64,000 bases of DNA from Macrostomum hystrix (taxonomy: Eukaryota; Animalia; Platyhelminthes), in contig CATNEN010000015.1 in NCBI GenBank assembly GCA_950097015.1, positions 1,178,001 through 1,242,000 on the forward strand, read 5' to 3'. Shown here piece by piece: positions 58,259 through 64,000 of the stretch. The translations under genes and the position numbers were made by a program. Position 1 is the stretch's first letter. Every line of letters starts with the position of its first letter. The notes below the pieces were generated by a model. The model did not search any database. It saw only the letters and a program-made list of their open reading frames with translations, and had not been told where the DNA came from.

Positions 58259-59162
58259 GTTGAAAGCTCCAGAAAAATATTTTTCGCTGCGACTCTAACC
58301 CTGGCCTGTGCGCTCTCAGCAACTGTTGCCAGGCAGTTCAAGCTCACGAGTGTCGGCTGCTTCATCGACCTGACGACTGGCGGAAGAGACGTCAACGAGC
58401 TGAAAGACTTCGGCTTCACCCGGTTTGGCCAAGCCAGCCTGCAGCAGGGAACATTCGAGAACTTCCAGTCCAATGTGTCTGTGCGCAGTTCCACAATGAC
58501 CCACGACCTCTGCGGAAGCGTGTGCACTCTGGGCGGCTTCCAGTACATTGCGCTGCAGTCCTGGTAGTGGTGCTATTGTGGCAACGTCTATGGCCGGCAG
58601 GGCAGCGCTGCCAGCACTGACTGTAATACGGCATGCTCAGGCAATGCAACCCAGAACTGCGGAGCTAACTACAGAAACTTCGTGCTCAAGCTGAACTACA
58701 TCTGCAGTGACTGTGAGCTGCTTCTTTACTGCAACTTTGTACTTTTTAACAATCAAAGCCGGAAGTCTGTTACGATTATGGTTTCAGCAAGCTGAGGCGA
58801 ACATCTGTCTGTTTCGAAATATACTTTCGTTAGCTTTGCTTTTACGTACCTTTGCATGATTTGAGTTCACAAACAAATGGTGCTCTTTTTTACTGTGCCT
58901 GAGTCAATTCCTGAGTCTCCCCCATTCAATCACAGGCTTTGTCCTCGGCAACCGCACCCTGGTCGGCATCAGCAAGCCGAATGCGCCGGCCTTGTGGAGT
59001 CTCAAAGCTCGTGGACCTATCGAGTGCCTCATCCTGTGCGGTGTCGGCTGCGAGGCGGTGGTCTTCAACCATGAGCAGGGCCTCTGCCACCTGCTGGAGT
59101 TTGCTGTGGTGTCAGCTGCTCTCGACAGCGCCGGCAGCGGCGAGTTCTTCGTCCGCGGCTGA
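58259..59162 (+). pseudogene. WSC-PAN gene copy 1, lacking start codon and with premature TAG at 58565-58567. Exons ~58259-58712 and 58936-59162
   Basis: Near-identical to 62294-62747 and 63774-63997; TCCTGGTAG here versus TCCTGGGAG in copy 2. Confidence 0.87.
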
Positions 59163-60109
59163 GCCTGAGACAAGCTTTTGAATGCGGTGCAGACGCTGGA
59201 GCACGAACATTGTGTGTGCACCGACGATTATCGGAACCACGAACCAAATCGCGTGTGGCGTCCTTGTTTAACTAATTAATACGGCTATTGAATCTCAATA
59301 ATTCTTTACTGTGATTTAGAGACCGAACTTTAAGAGGCTTAGCAGTGTGATCAACTAGTCGCAAAAATAGCCAACAAAAGTATACTCAGCAACATTTCAA
59401 AAGTGACACCCGTGACGAGAGGCGATAATTTGTCTCAGTTGAGACGCCAATAGCAAGCTAAAAACCGCCAAAATTTGCCAGCAGTTCAGGTACTCTCACT
59501 GATGCAAGCATCAACCCGCGTCCCCAGTACCGCAGTCTCCGATGCATGGAGCGAGTCCCGTCATTCTAGACTCAAGTGAGAGAAATTTTCACTGAGTCTG
59601 TTGCTGAGTATATTTGATTTGACAAAACATTTGTGTGTTTATTTACTAGAAATTGAGCTTCTTGAGAATTATACTCGTATATCTCTGGTTATAAAAGCGA
59701 GAGAAATTGCATGAACACAAATGTTGTACATTATTTGCGCCTTAGCGAGCAATGTACTGTAAGCTCCCTTAGCTCCCTTGTGCAGAATGTAGAAATAAAA
59801 TAAGGTGTCTTCGTCTGCAGCTGTGCTAAATCGGCTTTTTGGATGCTCATCTCACTGGATCTCACCAGGGTTCAACTGAATGGTGTGTTGACCAGCTTTC
59901 TACTCGGTTGTGACTGATTGGTTGACGCACTAGGCGAGGATCCTGTGGTTGAGCGTTGTCCCATATTAAGGCTCGATCAGTGAAATGGGAGAAATTTTTA
60001 TCAGTGTGTCCATATTTGGCTGGTTGCACTCGTTGAAGGTTCAGCAGCTCCGTCTAGATAAAGATGCATGACTACCGAAGTTGGAGATGATGCAGGAACA
60101 TTCAGGTGA

Positions 60110-60365
60110 TGAGCTGATAAAGTTTGAAGGCTTGGCAAGGCCGCACTGAGGCGCAGAGCGAGTTCGTTTATACGGGTATGAAATTTTCCAGCTCTTATTG
60201 GAAAAAGCTGACCCTCGGCCAGAACCGATGACCTATCCCGATGGTCTGAAGGGCTGGCGACTTAATTCTTGTTTCAGAAGATGCGCAATAAAACGTTGGC
60301 CCGTGTACTTGAGCTTCGTGTGCTTGCGTTTCTCCGTTCGGATTCAGCAAAGAATAGTCAGCGGG
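60110..60365. repeat. Second copy of the dispersed repeat at 9570-9835
   Basis: Colinear similarity as described for the first copy. Confidence 0.72.
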
Positions 60366-60749
60366 GGATTTTTCCTTGCTAATTTTTTTCTTGGTATAAA
60401 AATGGGCGAGAAGATGGCCAGGTAGTCCTACTGTTAACTTTCCTAACGAGAGTCCAAATTTGAAGCTGTCACTCTAGTTGCGAATACAAAAGAAACAATA
60501 TGCAACCAATATGAATATTTTTAAACCGTGGTCTTCAAACTCTGAATGGTAAGTTGTCAGACAGATGGAGAAAATGTACTAAGTTCTGAGGAAAATTGAG
60601 CTATGACAGCCACTTAGTCACTGCACGCGCTCAAATAGATTTCGTCACAGCATAGACCTACCATCATGTCCCTCGGATTCTCTCCCTTTCTGCATGCAGA
60701 AGGCCTATGGTATAGATTCCCTCATTATCATTTGTCGTCTTCACCTTGC

Positions 60750-61285
60750 CAGTCATCTTAAGAGCGATGCATTCGCGGCCGCTTTCGAGTCTTGGAGGCT
60801 GGAGCTGGCCGATACGGAGATGCCAGCCGAGCTGTGCTCTCTGGTGTGAAGGACGGCTTCCGTATTCGCAATGTCTGCGGCGCCTTCAAAGTGGTTGATC
60901 AGGAGAACCACGGCTCCATCCGTCATGCTGCTGTCCAAGCCCTGATCCAAGAAGAGTTACGGACTGGGAGGTACCGCGTTTGTAGTCAGCCGACTATCGT
61001 CAGAGCCATTGGCGCCATTCCCAAGCCTGTTGGACGCATCCGGCTCATCCATGACTGCAGCCAGCCACGGGGCGCCGCTGTCAACCACATGTTCGCGGGC
61101 CAGCAGCATTTGCCAGGAGGCTGCGCAGGGGCATGTGCAAGGTGGACTTGAGTCAAGCCTATCGCTCCTGCGGCATCCACCCGAGTAATCACTGCCTTAC
61201 CGGCTCAAAGTTCACCTTTGATGGCGATTTCAAGCCGACCTACGTGGTGGACATCCGGCTGCAGTTTGGCAGTAAAAGATGCTAG
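60750..61285 (+). mobile_element. DIRS/Ngaro-type reverse transcriptase fragment (decayed)
   Basis: GFRI..ENHGS..VQALIQEEL..G..AIGAIPKPVGRIRLIHDCSQP.G.AVN, then in a shifted frame CKVDLSQAYRSCGIHP..TGSKF..YVVDIRLQFG. Confidence 0.8.
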
Positions 61286-61574
61286 AAACTGCTGCTGATA
61301 TCACCACCTTGTATAGAATTCAGGCGAGCAGGTCATGTTCTTTTTATCGTAAGGCAGGAAGTGAAAATAAATATTGGAAGTAGAACCCAGAAAAGTTAGC
61401 TCTGCTTAACTTTAACTGAAAGAATAACTTTGATGACAGACAACTAAAACTGAATTAAACTAGTCAGAATTTCTGGAAATGGACTATTTTACAAACTGGA
61501 AAAACAGGCTGACAACCAAGTTAGCGTTGAGTTCCTTAGAATTCTTTCTCTCGGACAGAGAAATAACGTTTCTG

Positions 61575-61621
61575 CCCGCCCACCCGCCCGCCCACCCGCC
61601 CGCCCACCCGCCCGCCCGCCT
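61575..61621 (-). repeat. (GGGC/GGGT)n G-rich tract
   Basis: cccgcccacccgcccgccc... on the plus strand. Confidence 0.85.
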
Positions 61622-62287
61622 GTCCGCGGTGCCGCCCTAGAACCACGCACCAGTTTGCCGTGAATGCATTGCATTCAATATGACTGGCAAGGAGAAGGCG
61701 AAAAATGCTGAGAATCTGATAGCCAATAAGCAGAATTAAGCGAGCGCAACTGACAAGACCAATTGGCCAGGTGCAGCTGTTTGCCAGGCCATGTACAGGA
61801 TCAGTAACAAAAAGACAGGCTATATTGTACCTCTCTCCATTGCATATCCGTTTCCTTGGTGACATGTCGTAGAGTGTTTGCTCATCCCACTTTCTGCCAA
61901 TAACTATGCATTTGTTTTAATATAATGGAAAGAACTGCTAGGTCACTCCTCACTCCCACTTGCCATGCGAGCACCAGCTGGGATGCAAGCAAGAACGCAG
62001 CCCAGGATAAAATGTTGCAATTCTATAAAAATCTATTTTTCATGTGCGGCAACTCATTCCAAGTTTCTTTTTTTTAACAAAAAATACTTGGCGCATTTAG
62101 TCTGGAGCGGTCCATATAAAAAGCCTTTCTTATTGAAGACCTGGACCAGACTTGCTATCGCAACCACCAATCAGAAATTTCCATTCCCACTACTAGCATA
62201 AAGGCAGTTGTCGATTTTCCTCTTTCAGAATTCTGTAGCCCGAGTGTAGCCTGAGATTTCAGCTGTTAGTGAGCTGGAACTTCTAAA

Positions 62288-63997
62288 ATGCCCGTTGAAA
62301 GCTCCAGAAAAATATTTTTCGCTGCGACTCTAACCCTGGCCTGTGCGCTCTCAGCAACTGTTGCCAGGCAGTTCCAGCTCACGAGTGTCGGCTGCTTCAT
62401 CGACCTGACGACTGGCGGAAGAGACGTCAACGAGCTGAAAGACTTCGGCTTCACCCGGTTTGGCCAAGCCAGCCTGCAGCAGGGAACATACGAGTACTTC
62501 CAGTCCAATGTGTCTGTGCGCAGTTCCACAATGACCCACGACCTCTGCGGCAGCGTGTGCGCTCTGGGCGGCTTCCAGTACATTGCGCTGCAGTCCTGGG
62601 AGTGGTGTTATTGTGGCAACGTCTATGGCCGGCAGGGCAGCGCTGCCAGCACTGACTGTAATACGGCATGCTTCGGCAATGCAACCCAGAACTGCGGAGC
62701 TAACTACAGAAACTTCGTGCTCAAGCTGAACTACATCTGCAGTGACTGTGAGCTGCTTCTTTACTGCAAATTTGTACTTTTTAACAAACAAAGCCGGAAG
62801 TCTGTTACGATTATGGTTTCAGCAAGCTGATGTGAACATCTGTTGTGAGCTGCGACTCACAATTCCCTTGCACCGACCCCAGAATTCTTTTAGCCTTTCA
62901 CCCCAGCCATCTGGGCGATAAATAGAAGACAACAATAGAATCGTTGCGTTTTTCGCTGCTTTGACTCGTTTGACCCCTGCCAGTAAGATACGCGTTTAAC
63001 GATTCATTCATTTCCTGCTCTCTTCATCATACACTTGCTTAACCTTCCCGACCTCAGTGTCCTCTGATTGGACACGAGTGGCCAACCGCTCATCCAAAGA
63101 TCCTCTATCCTTCCGCGTCTGCCCTCGAGTCTGCGAAGTGTCGGTACGCCTCCAGACCGCTACCCACATCACTCTGGTGCTGTTGAGTGGCCGCCTGCTC
63201 AGTCATCCGCGTATCCTTCTCGCAGGGCTAAGCGAGTGTCTGTCCGCTCCTAGCCCCTCATCTCTACCTCGGAGTGTCATTACGCCTCGAGGGTCGCCGC
63301 TCCCCTTCCCTCCTCCACGGCAAGCTCTAGGCAGTCCGGACCCGAACCCCGACTACCCGTCTGCTGTCCGCTCGACGGTAACGGATATTACAGCACATCT
63401 GTCTATGCAGCAATGCAAATCGAATTGACTATCGTGATCTTTATAGCTAGCTTCGAGTTCACAAATGGTGCTCATTTTTGTTACAACTTGAATTGATGAG
63501 GAAGACTAAGACAGCATCTGATAGTTTGCACTGTATAATGCGCTGCTTGGTGGATGTTATTCCTCCCATCGATCGGCTCTTGTATTTCTTCTTTGAGCTG
63601 AGATGTCTCTATCTACTAAGCTGTAGCTGCACTTGCTACGGAGTCATTGACATTAGACAGTAGACAAAGTTAGGCTTTGTGCCAACTAAATAAATAAAAG
63701 TTCAAAGCCAAAACCACAACAATTTTATTACTGTGCCTGAGTCAATTCCTGAGACTCCTCTGCTCAATCACAGGCTTTGTCCTCGGCAACCGCACCCTGG
63801 TCGGCATCAGCAAGCCGAATGCACCGGCCTTCTGGAGTCTCAAAGCTCGTAGACTCACTGAGTGCATCTTTCTCTGCGGTGTCGGCTGCGAGGCGGTGGT
63901 CTTCAACCATGAGCAGGGCCTCTGTCACCTGCTGGAGTTCGCAGTGGTGCCAGCTGCTCTCGACAGCGCCAGCAGCGAGTTCTTCGTCCGCGGCTGA
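62288..63997 (+). CDS. Secreted WSC plus PAN/apple domain protein (227 aa). Exons 62288-62747 and 63774-63997
   Basis: Signal-like IFFAATLTLACALSATVA; WSC motif VGCFID..MTHDLCGSVC..GFQYIALQSWEWCYCGN..DCNTACFGNATQNCG; phase-1 GT-AG intron; PAN-like ECIFLC..CEAVVFN..LCHL. Confidence 0.85.
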
Positions 63998-64000
63998 GCC

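Noticed and set aside
63057-63428. Possible LINE RT fragment (GYADD on the minus strand) in the WSC-PAN intron insertion
   Set aside because: The motif is followed immediately by a stop and has no other RT motifs around it; likely chance.

Overview
Eukaryotic (metazoan) genomic DNA. The GC-rich exons, GT-AG introns filled with minisatellites and poly-Q/A tracts suggest a Macrostomum-like flatworm, which is inference only. Host genes: (1) the 3' part of a multi-exon nucleoprotein TPR gene (4761-17307, +) whose introns carry unrelated tandem arrays, tRNA-derived SINEs and a decayed mariner; (2) a RING plus TRAF-zinc-finger gene with no visible MATH domain; (3) a 3-exon secreted fibrinogen-related (FReD) gene with an unrecognised duplicated N-terminal domain; (4) a duplicated WSC-PAN gene (one intact, one pseudogene) and a FReD pseudogene fragment. 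Mobile DNA: an intact Crypton-type tyrosine recombinase element, a ~17 kb satellite-rich block holding two LTR elements (a 4 kb non-autonomous element with an orphan ORF and a Mag-type Gypsy lacking the integrase core), and a DIRS/Ngaro RT fragment. The standout is a 12 kb Ty3/Gypsy element (45828-57809, -) with order gag - internal signal sequence - class III (gB/chuvirus/rhabdovirus-G-like) envelope - TM - PTAP tail - protease - RT - RNase H - integrase, followed by a packed cluster of small accessory ORFs including two paralogous double-RING proteins. It looks like a complex endogenous retrovirus-like element with env between gag and pol. All family assignments come from motif recognition by eye; no database search was run.
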